Shown: positions 53,834 to 62,322, counted from the first letter of the stretch. The stretch is 64,000 nucleotides of DNA from Vicinamibacterales bacterium (GCA_965202655.1 CBDBBK010000001.1:296797-360796); one strand, 5' to 3'. A program made the numbers and translations. Notes: generated by a model not told the origin, from the sequence alone.

Positions 53834-53900
53834 ATTAACCAAGATCGCGTCGTACTTGTAAAATGCAAAATCATCGGCTTCTAGATACCAATTTCGTTAT
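53834..53900 (-). promoter_or_regulatory. AT-rich promoter-like module, right copy in inverted orientation (-35 TTTACA = plus 53857-53862, 17-nt spacer, -10 GTTAAT = plus 53834-53839)
   Basis: The reverse complement reads ATAACGAAATTGGTATCTAGAAGCCGATGATTTTGCATTTTACAAGTACGACGCGATCTTGGTTAAT. This aligns with 36763-36822 (ATAACGGTATGGAAAAACCGATGATTTTGCATTTACAACACGACGTGAATCTTGTTTAAT). It lies directly upstream of the desaturase-led minus-strand operon. Confidence 0.55.
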
Positions 53901-54004
53901 GACTCCACGCATGGCAGCTTCCTGGAATCGGCTGTTTCCGGCCCACGAATTCGCCGAGGAACTCGCAAAGACTCGCTTGGAAGTGCGGATCCGAGTGTAA
54001 GTGA

Positions 54005-54163
54005 CCCGCTAACCCGCGCGCCGGCGTCGACGACCGGGTCGGCTCCATCGAAGTCGGCAAGGACGCCGATCTCGTGCTCTACGACGGCGATCCGTTCGAG
54101 TACACCAGCCACGTCTGCGGCGTGGTGATCGAGTCGGAGGTGGTCTCGCGCGAATGCCGGTAG
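54005..54163 (+). pseudogene. 3' remnant (52 codons) of an amidohydrolase-family gene
   Basis: My translation in the frame ending at TAG 54161-54163 gives PANPRAGVDDRVGSIEVGKDADLVLYDGDPFEYTSHVCGVVIESEVVSRECR. GSIEVGKDADLVL...DP is the typical C-terminal segment of metal-dependent amidohydrolases. An in-frame TGA lies at 54002, and there is no start codon or upstream body. Confidence 0.7.
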
Positions 54164-54237
54164 CGCGGCGTTAACCGGCCTGCGCCGGCAGGCGCATCGA
54201 AAGCCTCGCTGCCGCGGAACTTCGGCGGCTGGCGCCG

Positions 54238-56226
54238 CTAGTCGCCGTCCGGCAACCGCAGGGCGACCAGCGAGCCGGGCATGCGTTCCGGGCCGCCGGC
54301 GATCGGGACGACGATGTACTGGCTCCCCGCATGCAGGTAGCTCATCGGGATGCTGGTGGCGGGCGCCGGGATCCCGACGGCGCCGACCCGGTCGCCGGTC
54401 CGCTTGTCGACGGCGTAGAGCAGCGGACGGCCACCCCGCCCTTCGGAGTACATCAGCAGTGAGCGGGTGACGATGGAGAGCGACTGGCTCCGCACGCCGG
54501 TGTTCGGCAGGTCGACGCCGGCCAGCGCCGGGTGATTCCTGATCGCGTCGGGGGTATCGCCGTTGGGAATCATCCAGAGCGTCTCCCCGGTGTTCATGTC
54601 GATGGCCGTGATCCGGCCGTAGGGCGGCTTGAAGAGCGGCAGCCCCTGCGGTCCCTGCAGGAACCCGTTGTCGGTCGCGTACTTCGCAATGGTGCGGCCG
54701 ACGGGGTTCGGATCCGCCGCATCCCCCTCTTCACCCGGCGTCAGGATCGGCGCCGCGCACAGCGTCATCGACGAGGCGTACAGGATGCCCGTCTCGGGGT
54801 CGGCCGACGTGCCGCCGGTGATGTTGGTGCCGCCACCCGGACCGGGGCAGTGGATTGCGCCGCGCTTCCCCAGGTCGTTGTCCGGATGGAGCGGCGGCAT
54901 GAACATCGACCCGTACTCGTACTGGTTCAGGATGTCGAGCGCCTGCTGCCGCAACTCCGGCGTGAAGTCGATCAGGTCGTCCTCGGTCACTTCCTGCAGG
55001 TCGTAGGCGGGCGGCTTTGTCGGAAACGGCTGGGTCGGCGAATACCACTCGCCCGGAACGTGTCCGCGCGGCACCGGGCGCTCCTCGATGGGCCAGATCG
55101 GCTCGCCCGTCTCGCGGTTGAACGTGTAGGCGAAGGCCTGCTTCGTCGTCTGAACGAGAATCGGTGTCCGCCGGCCATCGATGGTGACGTCGAGCAGGCT
55201 CGGCGCGGTGGGATTGTCGCGGTTCCAGATGTCGTGGTGCACCGTCTGGAAGTGCCACTGCCGCTCGCCGGTCCGGACGTCGAGAGCCAGGATGCTCGTG
55301 GCGAACAGGTTGTCGCCCGGATGGAAGCCGCCCCAGTAGTCGTTGGTCGGCGGGTCGGTCACGACGTAGACCAGCCCCAGCTCGGAGTCGGCCGACAGCG
55401 GCGCCCAGGCCGAGACGTTGCCCGTCCACTGCCAGGCGTCGTTCTCCCACGTGTCGAAGCCGAACTCGCTCTCCGACTGCGGGATCACGTTGAACTTCCA
55501 GAGGTGCTCCCCGGTCGCGGCGTCGTACGCCAGCACGTGCCCCGGCACGTTCTCGTGGCGCGTCTGGCGGTAGCCCTGTTCGTGGGAGTTGCCCACCACG
55601 ACCACCCCGTTCACGACGATCGGCGGGGACGAGTTGGTGATGTAGCCCACCTCGGACGGCAGGCCGTTCGTCGGGTGGTACTCGTAGCCGAAGTCGGCGA
55701 GCAGGTCGACCGTCCCGTTGTTGCCGAAGCCGCGGATCAGCTTGCCGGTGTCCGGATCGAGGGCGTGCAGGAAGAAGCCGGGAGTGACGACGTAGATGCG
55801 GCCCTCGCCGTTCACCTGCTCGTAGGCGACCCCCTTGCCGTAGTTCTTGCGCATCGAATCCGCCCACCGCTTCGTCGTCGGCTCGCGGAACGTCCAGAGC
55901 GTCTCGCCGCTCTCCGGGTCCATGGCGATCACCTGGCGGCGGTAGCCGGCGACGCCGAACAGCTTGCCTTCGGCGTAGATCGGCGTCGAACGCATGACGT
56001 TGTCGACCTGCGGCCCGTAGTTATCACCCCGCCAGACCCAGGCCACCTCGAGATCCTCGAAGTTCGCGGCGTTGATCTGATCGAACGGCGCGTAGCGCGC
56101 GCTCCGCTCATTGCCGCCCCAGTGGGTCCAGCCGCCGTCGTCCTGCGCCGAAATCGTGACCGTAGCCGCCACGGCCAGCATGCCCAACGCTCCGAGCACG
56201 GTTCCCGCCGCTCGCCGTCGTGTCAT
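54238..56226 (-). CDS. PQQ-dependent dehydrogenase (glucose/quinate-type soluble beta-propeller), exported
   Basis: ORF 54238..56244 trimmed to ATG 56226. MTRRRAAGTVLGALGMLAVAATVTISAQ signal; WTHWGGNERSARYAPFDQINAANFEDLEVAW; repeated blades (VIAMDPESGETLW, VLAYDAATGEHLW, ILALDVRTGERQW, ITAIDMNTGETLW). Confidence 0.85.
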   Translation of the reverse strand: MTRRRAAGTVLGALGMLAVAATVTISAQDDGGWTHWGGNERSARYAPFDQINAANFEDLEVAWVWRGDNYGPQVDNVMRSTPIYAEGKLFGVAGYRRQVIAMDPESGETLWTFREPTTKRWADSMRKNYGKGVAYEQVNGEGRIYVVTPGFFLHALDPDTGKLIRGFGNNGTVDLLADFGYEYHPTNGLPSEVGYITNSSPPIVVNGVVVVGNSHEQGYRQTRHENVPGHVLAYDAATGEHLWKFNVIPQSESEFGFDTWENDAWQWTGNVSAWAPLSADSELGLVYVVTDPPTNDYWGGFHPGDNLFATSILALDVRTGERQWHFQTVHHDIWNRDNPTAPSLLDVTIDGRRTPILVQTTKQAFAYTFNRETGEPIWPIEERPVPRGHVPGEWYSPTQPFPTKPPAYDLQEVTEDDLIDFTPELRQQALDILNQYEYGSMFMPPLHPDNDLGKRGAIHCPGPGGGTNITGGTSADPETGILYASSMTLCAAPILTPGEEGDAADPNPVGRTIAKYATDNGFLQGPQGLPLFKPPYGRITAIDMNTGETLWMIPNGDTPDAIRNHPALAGVDLPNTGVRSQSLSIVTRSLLMYSEGRGGRPLLYAVDKRTGDRVGAVGIPAPATSIPMSYLHAGSQYIVVPIAGGPERMPGSLVALRLPDGD

Positions 56227-56332
56227 GGTGTCGATCCCCCTCAACCGAGTCGGGAAATTATGCCCGATCCCGCCCGTTGACGCCGCCGCCGCCGCGTGAC
56301 AGAGTCGGAATCCACGTCTCCAGGAGGAACCC

Positions 56333-57304
56333 GTGCGACTTCACATTTCCCCGATCGCCTTCCTGCTGCTGCTCGCCGTGACCGCCGGTGCGCACGCCCT
56401 CGCGCCAGCCGCGCACGCGCAGTCCTGGTCGCTGCCGTCCGAGGCGGAACGCTGCCCGTCGAAGTGGGGCGCGAACGACACGCGCGGCGCCGCCAACCAC
56501 ATGGGGCCGGAGTCGGTGCTGCGCGCGGCGCGGCTGATTCAGCAAGGCCGCGTGATCGAGCTGGGACAGGTGCTCCACAGCGGCATGCCGCTCGGCGCCC
56601 GGCACTTCGACGTCTACATGAAGCCGACGACGATGAACCCGCAGAGCAACCGGCGCGGGTCCAACGAGGAGCTGGTGGTCGCCGAGATGGGGCAGGTCGG
56701 GACGCAGTTCGACGCCTTCCCACACCAGACCATCGGGGACAGTCTCTACAACTGCGTCGACATGAACGACGTGATGACCCGCACCGGCTTCACGCGGCTC
56801 GGCGTCGAGGGCATCGGCACCCTGATGACGCGCGGCGTCCTCATCGATGTCGCCGCCCTCAAGGGCGTCGACATGCTGCCCGACACCTACGAGATCACGG
56901 TCGAGGATCTGCAGCAGGCGCTCGACCGCCAGGGCGTATCGCTGGAAGCCGGCGACGCGGTGCTGATTCACACCGGCTGGGGCGTGCTCTGGGAAACCGA
57001 CGGCGACCGTTTCATGGCGACCAACCCCGGCATCGGCATCGCCGCGGCCGAATGGCTCATCGGGCACGACCCGATGATCCTCGGGGCCGACAACCAGCCC
57101 GTGGAAGTCTCTCCGAATCCCGATCCGAACCTGTCCCTCCCCATCCATCAACTGGCGCTCGTCGTCCACGGCATCCACCTCGTCGAGCGCATGAAGCTGG
57201 ACGAGCTGGCCGCGGCCGGCGTCTACGAGTTCGCCTTCGTCGTTCAGCCGCTGAAGCTGCAGGGCGCGACCGGATCGACCGTCGTGCCGGTCGCCATCTA
57301 CTGA
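56333..57304 (+). CDS. Cyclase-family (kynurenine formamidase-like) protein with signal peptide
   Basis: AGGAGG, then GTG 56333. Signal MRLHISPIAFLLLLAVTAGAHALA. GTQFDAFPH, GDAVLIHTGWG and IGIAAAEWLI resemble the putative cyclase fold. The HxGTHxD His residues are not all conserved. Confidence 0.65.
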   Translation: MRLHISPIAFLLLLAVTAGAHALAPAAHAQSWSLPSEAERCPSKWGANDTRGAANHMGPESVLRAARLIQQGRVIELGQVLHSGMPLGARHFDVYMKPTTMNPQSNRRGSNEELVVAEMGQVGTQFDAFPHQTIGDSLYNCVDMNDVMTRTGFTRLGVEGIGTLMTRGVLIDVAALKGVDMLPDTYEITVEDLQQALDRQGVSLEAGDAVLIHTGWGVLWETDGDRFMATNPGIGIAAAEWLIGHDPMILGADNQPVEVSPNPDPNLSLPIHQLALVVHGIHLVERMKLDELAAAGVYEFAFVVQPLKLQGATGSTVVPVAIY

Positions 57305-57355
57305 GGGACCGCCCGGGGCGGGCCGACCGCTGACCTCCCCTGTAGACTGTCGGAA

Positions 57356-58336
57356 ATGACTGGGCCCCAGGATCCCGTCGAACGGTACCTCCTCGTCCTC
57401 GACCGCCTTCGGGCGCGCAAGCGGTGGCACCACAACATGACGGGGTTCCGGTATGTCGCCGTGACGCTGGGTAGCGTCGGCCCGACGATTGACTACGACC
57501 GTCTGGAGGAGGCCGCGGCCGGACTGAAGCGTCGCGCGCGCTGGACCAGTCCGCTCAAGTCGGAAGTCCGCTATGTCGTGGCGGCCATGATCCTGCGCCG
57601 CGGACTGGACCCGGCCGAGGTGCACCGGGTCGTCTACGAGACGCGTGACGCGTTCAAGTCGAAGAAACTGTCGAGCCGCGGCGTCGGACCAACCCTGGCG
57701 GCGCTGTTGCTGGCGCTGCATGGCGACGCCCGGCCCGTACCCGACACCCACGTCGAACGGCTCGCGCGCATCTACCGGCAGTGGCGCAAGGACCATTTCT
57801 GGCTCACCTCGTCCCGGGACCTGCCGACGGCCGCGCTTCATGCGACCCGGGACCGGGCCGTGGAATCGGTGACCCACGACGTCGAGCGGGCCTACGAACG
57901 ACTACGCGAAGGGGGGCTGTGGCGCGGCAACCAGCTTCAGCTCGCGTCCCACCTGCTCGCGGCCGATCCGCGCGGCGTCGACACCGCCGTGCAGCGATTC
58001 CAGGTCATCTCGGAACGGCTGCGGAACGCCGGACAACGCATTGGACCGAGCCGTTACGACGAGGTCGCGATCCTCGCCCTGACGCAGTCGACCCCCTCCC
58101 AGGTGGTCGACCGGGTCCTGGAGTTCCGGGACCGGTTGCGTGGAGCGAAGCCGAGGCCCACCAGGGACATCGCGTTCTCGCTGGCGGCAGGCATATTCCT
58201 GGCGGAAGATCACCAGCGCGCCGGCCAGGAGGCGGCCGGTGATCTTGCCGCACTCCAGGCAATCCAGGCGATTATCGACGCCCAGCAGGCGGCGGCCGCG
58301 GGCGCCGCGGCGGCGGCCAGTTCGGGCGCCCACTGA
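57356..58336 (+). CDS. Hypothetical protein (possibly DUF4003-like)
   Basis: 326-aa ORF with coding-like composition. The family assignment is a weak recollection only. Confidence 0.5.
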   Translation: MTGPQDPVERYLLVLDRLRARKRWHHNMTGFRYVAVTLGSVGPTIDYDRLEEAAAGLKRRARWTSPLKSEVRYVVAAMILRRGLDPAEVHRVVYETRDAFKSKKLSSRGVGPTLAALLLALHGDARPVPDTHVERLARIYRQWRKDHFWLTSSRDLPTAALHATRDRAVESVTHDVERAYERLREGGLWRGNQLQLASHLLAADPRGVDTAVQRFQVISERLRNAGQRIGPSRYDEVAILALTQSTPSQVVDRVLEFRDRLRGAKPRPTRDIAFSLAAGIFLAEDHQRAGQEAAGDLAALQAIQAIIDAQQAAAAGAAAAASSGAH

Positions 58337-58390
58337 CCGCGCGTTGGCTGGCGATGCCGCAGCGTCGATCTGCGTGGTCTGTTACGCGAT

Positions 58391-58945
58391 CTACCGAAAC
58401 ACGTCGTCGAGCTGGAGAGCGAGGCCGACCAGCAACGGCGACCGAAGTGTGTCTCGCCGCCCGAAGGTCCGGCTGAGCGCCAGCCGACCCGCCTGCCGGT
58501 GATGGATGGCGACGATCTCGGCCATTGGGTCGACGAGCCAGTACTCCGTCACGCCGTGTCGGTCGTAGAGTTCGTGCTTGATTCCCCGGTCCCTGTCGGC
58601 GGTCGACGGCGACAGAATCTCGATCAAGAGGTCGGGCGCACCCTGCACGTTCTCGCCCCCGCTCAGCAGATGCTCGCGTTCCCGGGCGACGAACAGCAGG
58701 TCCGGCTGTACGACGTCGGTGTCGGACAGCACCACGTCGCAGGGGGCGAGCAACAGCTCCCCCAGTTCGTGGTCGCGGATGAACTGCGTCAGCTTGTAGT
58801 ACAGCCGCCCTTTCACCCTCTGGTGCTTGATGTTCGGGGCTGGAACCATGATCAGATCGCCGCCGAGGAGCTCGTAGCGCTCGTCTTCCCGTGTGGCGCG
58901 GTAGTCCTCGTACGTGAACTTGGCGACGGGTTGTGCGGTGGCCAC
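58391..58945 (-). CDS. Uma2-family (DUF820) putative restriction-endonuclease-fold protein
   Basis: YELLGGDLIMVPAPNIKHQRV...QPDLLFV...APDLLIEILSPST...D...K...Y...GVTEYWLVDP is the standard Uma2 pattern. Confidence 0.85.
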   Translation of the reverse strand: MATAQPVAKFTYEDYRATREDERYELLGGDLIMVPAPNIKHQRVKGRLYYKLTQFIRDHELGELLLAPCDVVLSDTDVVQPDLLFVAREREHLLSGGENVQGAPDLLIEILSPSTADRDRGIKHELYDRHGVTEYWLVDPMAEIVAIHHRQAGRLALSRTFGRRDTLRSPLLVGLALQLDDVFR

Positions 58946-58978
58946 GTCGGTGTTCTCCGGGGCGGTCCGGCCGGCCGG

Positions 58979-59968
58979 CTACTGCCCGGCGCCGGCCCCT
59001 GCTTCGAGGGCGCGCGCGCCTCCGAGCATGATGGGCATCGAGACGTGTCCCTCGTGGCAGGCGTACTCCCACTTCTCGCCGTCGAGGAGCTTCATCGGGA
59101 CCTCGAACGTCCAGGGTGCGGTCCACGTCTCCGGGTCGTCGATCGTCGCCTCGTAGAGCAGCGTCTCCGCGTCAACGCGCGTCAGGCGCTCGGTCAGGCG
59201 CATCGCGCCGCTTGTCGTCCGCCACTGCCGGCGCGCATCGAAGTTCGCGGTCTCGATGACGAGCGTGTCCCCCTCCCACCGGCCGCGCGATTCGCCGGAC
59301 CACTGCAGAAGGTCGTGCATCGGCCGCCCGTCGAGCGGAACGACGCGCACCGTGTTCACCATCTCGGTGACGATAGCCACCGTGTCGGGCGTCTGCACCA
59401 ACTGCATGTTGTTGTTGTAGGCGCTCGGGGTCATCGGCGGTCCGGCGTTGAAGCCGAGGATGCAGCGGTCGTAGGTGCTGAAGTCGAGCCAGGAATCCGC
59501 CGGCTGGTTGCGCCGGTGTTCGGAATAGGCCTCCGCGCGCGCCTGCCCCTCCGGCGTCCGCGGGGGGTAGCGTCCGTTTGGCGGATCGACGATCAGCGAC
59601 GTCCGGCCCGTCGTCACCGCTTCGAGTCCCTGATCGAGCCACGTATGGTTGTAGGAACCGTTTCCGCCGTCCGGCCGGCGGTCGACGTTCTCGCCCGCCA
59701 CCGTCCGCTGCGCGGGCAGGTTCAGGAAGTTGTTCAGCCGGTCGAGCGCCTGCTGCTCAAGGTCGGCCACTTCCTCTTCCGTCAGGAACTCCTGGTCAGC
59801 GAACTGCTCGGGACGCTCCATGCGCGTGATGCTGCGGTAGTCCCAGACGCCGGTCAGGTCGGGCTGGCCCCAGGCCGTTCGCGGCACGTCGTCCTGCGCG
59901 GCGACGGGCGCGGCGATCAACGCCACACCGATCGCCACCGCCAACGCCGTCAGTCGATAGGTCGTCAT
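58979..59968 (-). CDS. ACHEGNY-family paralog I, exported
   Basis: ORF 58979..60841 trimmed to ATG 59968 after GGAGG. MTTYRLTALAVAIGVALIAAPVAAQ; PRTAWGQPDLTGVWDY; YDRCILGFN; VNTVRVVPLDGRPM; GESRGRWEGDTLVIETANF; WEYACHEGHVSM. Confidence 0.85.
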   Translation of the reverse strand: MTTYRLTALAVAIGVALIAAPVAAQDDVPRTAWGQPDLTGVWDYRSITRMERPEQFADQEFLTEEEVADLEQQALDRLNNFLNLPAQRTVAGENVDRRPDGGNGSYNHTWLDQGLEAVTTGRTSLIVDPPNGRYPPRTPEGQARAEAYSEHRRNQPADSWLDFSTYDRCILGFNAGPPMTPSAYNNNMQLVQTPDTVAIVTEMVNTVRVVPLDGRPMHDLLQWSGESRGRWEGDTLVIETANFDARRQWRTTSGAMRLTERLTRVDAETLLYEATIDDPETWTAPWTFEVPMKLLDGEKWEYACHEGHVSMPIMLGGARALEAGAGAGQ

Positions 59969-60027
59969 GGCTTCGCCTCCTCTACTCACGATGTCTACTC
60001 CGCCGTCCGGATCGTCAATTCGCCCGT

Positions 60028-62226
60028 CTACTCCGCGAGCGGGTGGGGGCGGATCTGGAAGTGAATAATCGAGCTCCGCATCCCCTTGCCTCCCTCGATA
60101 TGCCAGTTCAGGTTCGAACCGTAGTTGGCCCACAGGCCACGCCCCTTCCATCCGGCGTCCGGATCGTCGATCCGCCCGTCGAGGCCGCGCGAATAGAAGC
60201 CGAGCGGGTAGGGGACGCGCAGTACGACCCACTCCTCCGTCTCCGGCAGCAGCGCCAGTATCGAATCCGATCCGGAACCGGGCGCCATCGGGACGTTCGG
60301 GCCCAGGCCGAGCGTGTCGAACTGATCGACCCAGTTGTAATAGTGGTAATCCGCGCTTCCCGGATCGTCGACTCCCCTCATCTGGGGACCGGGCGACGGG
60401 TAGAGCGTCCACCCCTCCGGACAGTGCTGCCCGGTCGCCTCGGGACCGTTCAGAACCGCGCACTTGCTCCGGTCGAAGCTCGCCATGTGGCCGCTGCCCG
60501 AGAGCGCGGTCCAGATCAGGCCGTTCCGGTCGACGTCGACGCCGCGCGGCGCGTGCCCGGTCTGCGCCGAATCGACGGCCGGGTTCTCGATCGACGGAGG
60601 CTCGAACACTTCGGCGATGCAGGTCTCCGGTGGATTGTCGCCGCGGTCGAGGCGGACCAGGCGCCCGGGAAACGGTCCGGTCCGGGCGATCCAGGCGGAG
60701 TCGTCCACGGGGCTCGCGATGATTCCGTAGGCGAAACCCGAGATGCGCGTGTCGCGTGAAGGATCGACCGGCTCGTTCGGCTCGTTCCAGGGACGCGTGA
60801 TCCGGCCGTCGCCGTTCGTGTCGATCACGGTCGGGCACCATCCCTGCGACGCACGCTCATCGCCCGTCTCGTCGTACAGCTTCGTGTCCAGCCAGCCGAC
60901 GACGTTCGGGTCGCCACTCAGCCAGAGCGTGTCCTGCTCATCCTCGCCGAACTGCAGGTGATGCGTGCCGTAGCAACTGTCGATCAGCGTGAACGACTCG
61001 GAGGCCGGGTCGTAGTAGGAGATCTGCCGCCCGCTCCGATCGACCGGGAAGTACTGGGCCGAGGGATGCATCGAGCCTTCCTTGCACCAGTCCGGGTTGT
61101 CGCGGCGGCGCACCGTCGAGGTCATCCAGACCCGGCCCTCGCCGTCCATCATCGGATTGTGCGGGTTCGCCGGCGCATTGAAGATCACCTCGTCCCCCCA
61201 GCTCGGCGACGGCTCGAAGCCGGGCTCGGTCGGGAAGAACGACGGCACCATTCCATCCGGCTCGCGCAGCGGGATGTTCAGCTCCATCGACTGGTGCCCG
61301 GCAGGATCCGTGATCACGAGCGTGTCGTGCGTGATCGAGACGCCGTACAGCAGGCCGTTGGCGTTGACCGTCGGATCGCGCTTGTCGGTGGTGATCTCGT
61401 CGTGGATGTACGACGTCTCACCACCCCACTCCCACATCGTAAGCACCAGGTTGCGCTCCACGCCCTCGGGACGCGGCGGCGCCGGAGGCACTTCGCCGGC
61501 CGCGATGCGGTCGCTCCAGTCGGCATACATCTCCAGGGCCCGCTGCCGGCCGAAACGGTTCATGACGGCGCTCATCTGCCGGCCGCGCTGGCCGAACAGC
61601 AGCCGGTGATCCCATGCCTCGACGGTCGAATCGAAATCCGTCAGGTGGCTCGTGTCGAACGTGTACCGGTTTCCCATCTGGTGGCAGAGCTGGCACCCCT
61701 GCTTCGTGAGGTCGACCCACGCGGCCTGGCTTCGGAGGTTCTCCGCGATGCCATTCCCCTCCGGGCCGGTCCCGGGGAAATCGCCCGACGGGGGCGGCTC
61801 GAGCAAGGAGTACCAGTAGTTCGCGGGATAGACCTGCGCCGCTTCCGCCGGGGTCGCCGCGGGCGTGGCCTGCAGCGTCAACGTCTCGCCGGGCTCGGCG
61901 GTGACGGGCTCGGAATCGACCAGACCGTAGCCCCGCACCCACACGCTGTAGGAAGCGGCCGGCAGGTCGGGTACGAGAAACCGGCCGTCGTCGCCGGTCA
62001 CCACGATCTTGCGGAACCTGGTGTCGAGGTCGTCGGTTTCCGCGATGACCCAGACTCCCGCCTCCGGACCGGCCGGGCTCTGCACGACACCGCGCAGGTC
62101 TTCCTCGTCCGCGGCCGGATCCGGCGGCTGGACGGCGCCGGGCGATGCGGCGAAAGCAAGGGTGGCGGCGAGGGCGGCTCCCACTCCACCGGCCATGAAC
62201 CGTCGAATCCCTGTCTGGCGCGTCAT
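60028..62226 (-). CDS. Exported multidomain protein: carboxypeptidase-regulatory-like domain, mono-heme CxxCH module and beta-propeller-like C-terminal region
   Basis: ORF 60028..62418 trimmed to ATG 62226 after GGAGGAGG. Signal peptide. VWVIAETDDLDTRFRKIVVTGDDGRFLVPDLPAASYSVWVRGYG is CarboxypepD_reg-like. CQLCH heme c motif. Long repeat-like C-terminal part. Confidence 0.7.
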   Translation of the reverse strand: MTRQTGIRRFMAGGVGAALAATLAFAASPGAVQPPDPAADEEDLRGVVQSPAGPEAGVWVIAETDDLDTRFRKIVVTGDDGRFLVPDLPAASYSVWVRGYGLVDSEPVTAEPGETLTLQATPAATPAEAAQVYPANYWYSLLEPPPSGDFPGTGPEGNGIAENLRSQAAWVDLTKQGCQLCHQMGNRYTFDTSHLTDFDSTVEAWDHRLLFGQRGRQMSAVMNRFGRQRALEMYADWSDRIAAGEVPPAPPRPEGVERNLVLTMWEWGGETSYIHDEITTDKRDPTVNANGLLYGVSITHDTLVITDPAGHQSMELNIPLREPDGMVPSFFPTEPGFEPSPSWGDEVIFNAPANPHNPMMDGEGRVWMTSTVRRRDNPDWCKEGSMHPSAQYFPVDRSGRQISYYDPASESFTLIDSCYGTHHLQFGEDEQDTLWLSGDPNVVGWLDTKLYDETGDERASQGWCPTVIDTNGDGRITRPWNEPNEPVDPSRDTRISGFAYGIIASPVDDSAWIARTGPFPGRLVRLDRGDNPPETCIAEVFEPPSIENPAVDSAQTGHAPRGVDVDRNGLIWTALSGSGHMASFDRSKCAVLNGPEATGQHCPEGWTLYPSPGPQMRGVDDPGSADYHYYNWVDQFDTLGLGPNVPMAPGSGSDSILALLPETEEWVVLRVPYPLGFYSRGLDGRIDDPDAGWKGRGLWANYGSNLNWHIEGGKGMRSSIIHFQIRPHPLAE

Positions 62227-62322
62227 CGGCTTCCTCCTCCGGGCGTCGCTGAACGGCGTGCTGCGGTCGCTAACGGCTGCTTGCGCCATTCTGCAACGAC
62301 TGCGCCACCTGATCCAAGCCGG

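Noticed and set aside
36763-53900. Inverted repeats read as terminal inverted repeats of a transposon
   Set aside because: There is no transposase or obvious target-site duplication. Similarity ends at the -10 element, and each copy faces into the first gene of an operon with a near-consensus -35/-10 layout. A duplicated promoter/operator explains this better, but mobility is not excluded.
53911-54000. 29-codon ORF (MAASWNRLFPAHEFAEELAKTRLEVRIRV) between the right promoter module and the amidohydrolase remnant
   Set aside because: It has no SD, no similarity to the NHLP precursor, and no double-glycine motif. It is probably junk from the disrupted flank.
58979-59020. xxACH in the conserved C-terminal ACHEGNY motif read as a single-cysteine heme c attachment site
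   Set aside because: The His is missing in the two distant family members, whereas both cysteines (this one and the ERC one) are conserved throughout. A structural disulfide is the simpler reading. This cannot be settled from sequence alone.
58979-60841. Reading the whole 620-aa ORF as one protein
   Set aside because: Only the last 329 codons, from ATG 59968 with a GGAGG SD and a signal peptide, match the paralog family. The upstream 290 codons are Arg/Pro-rich and overlap the 3' part of the 60028..62226 gene.
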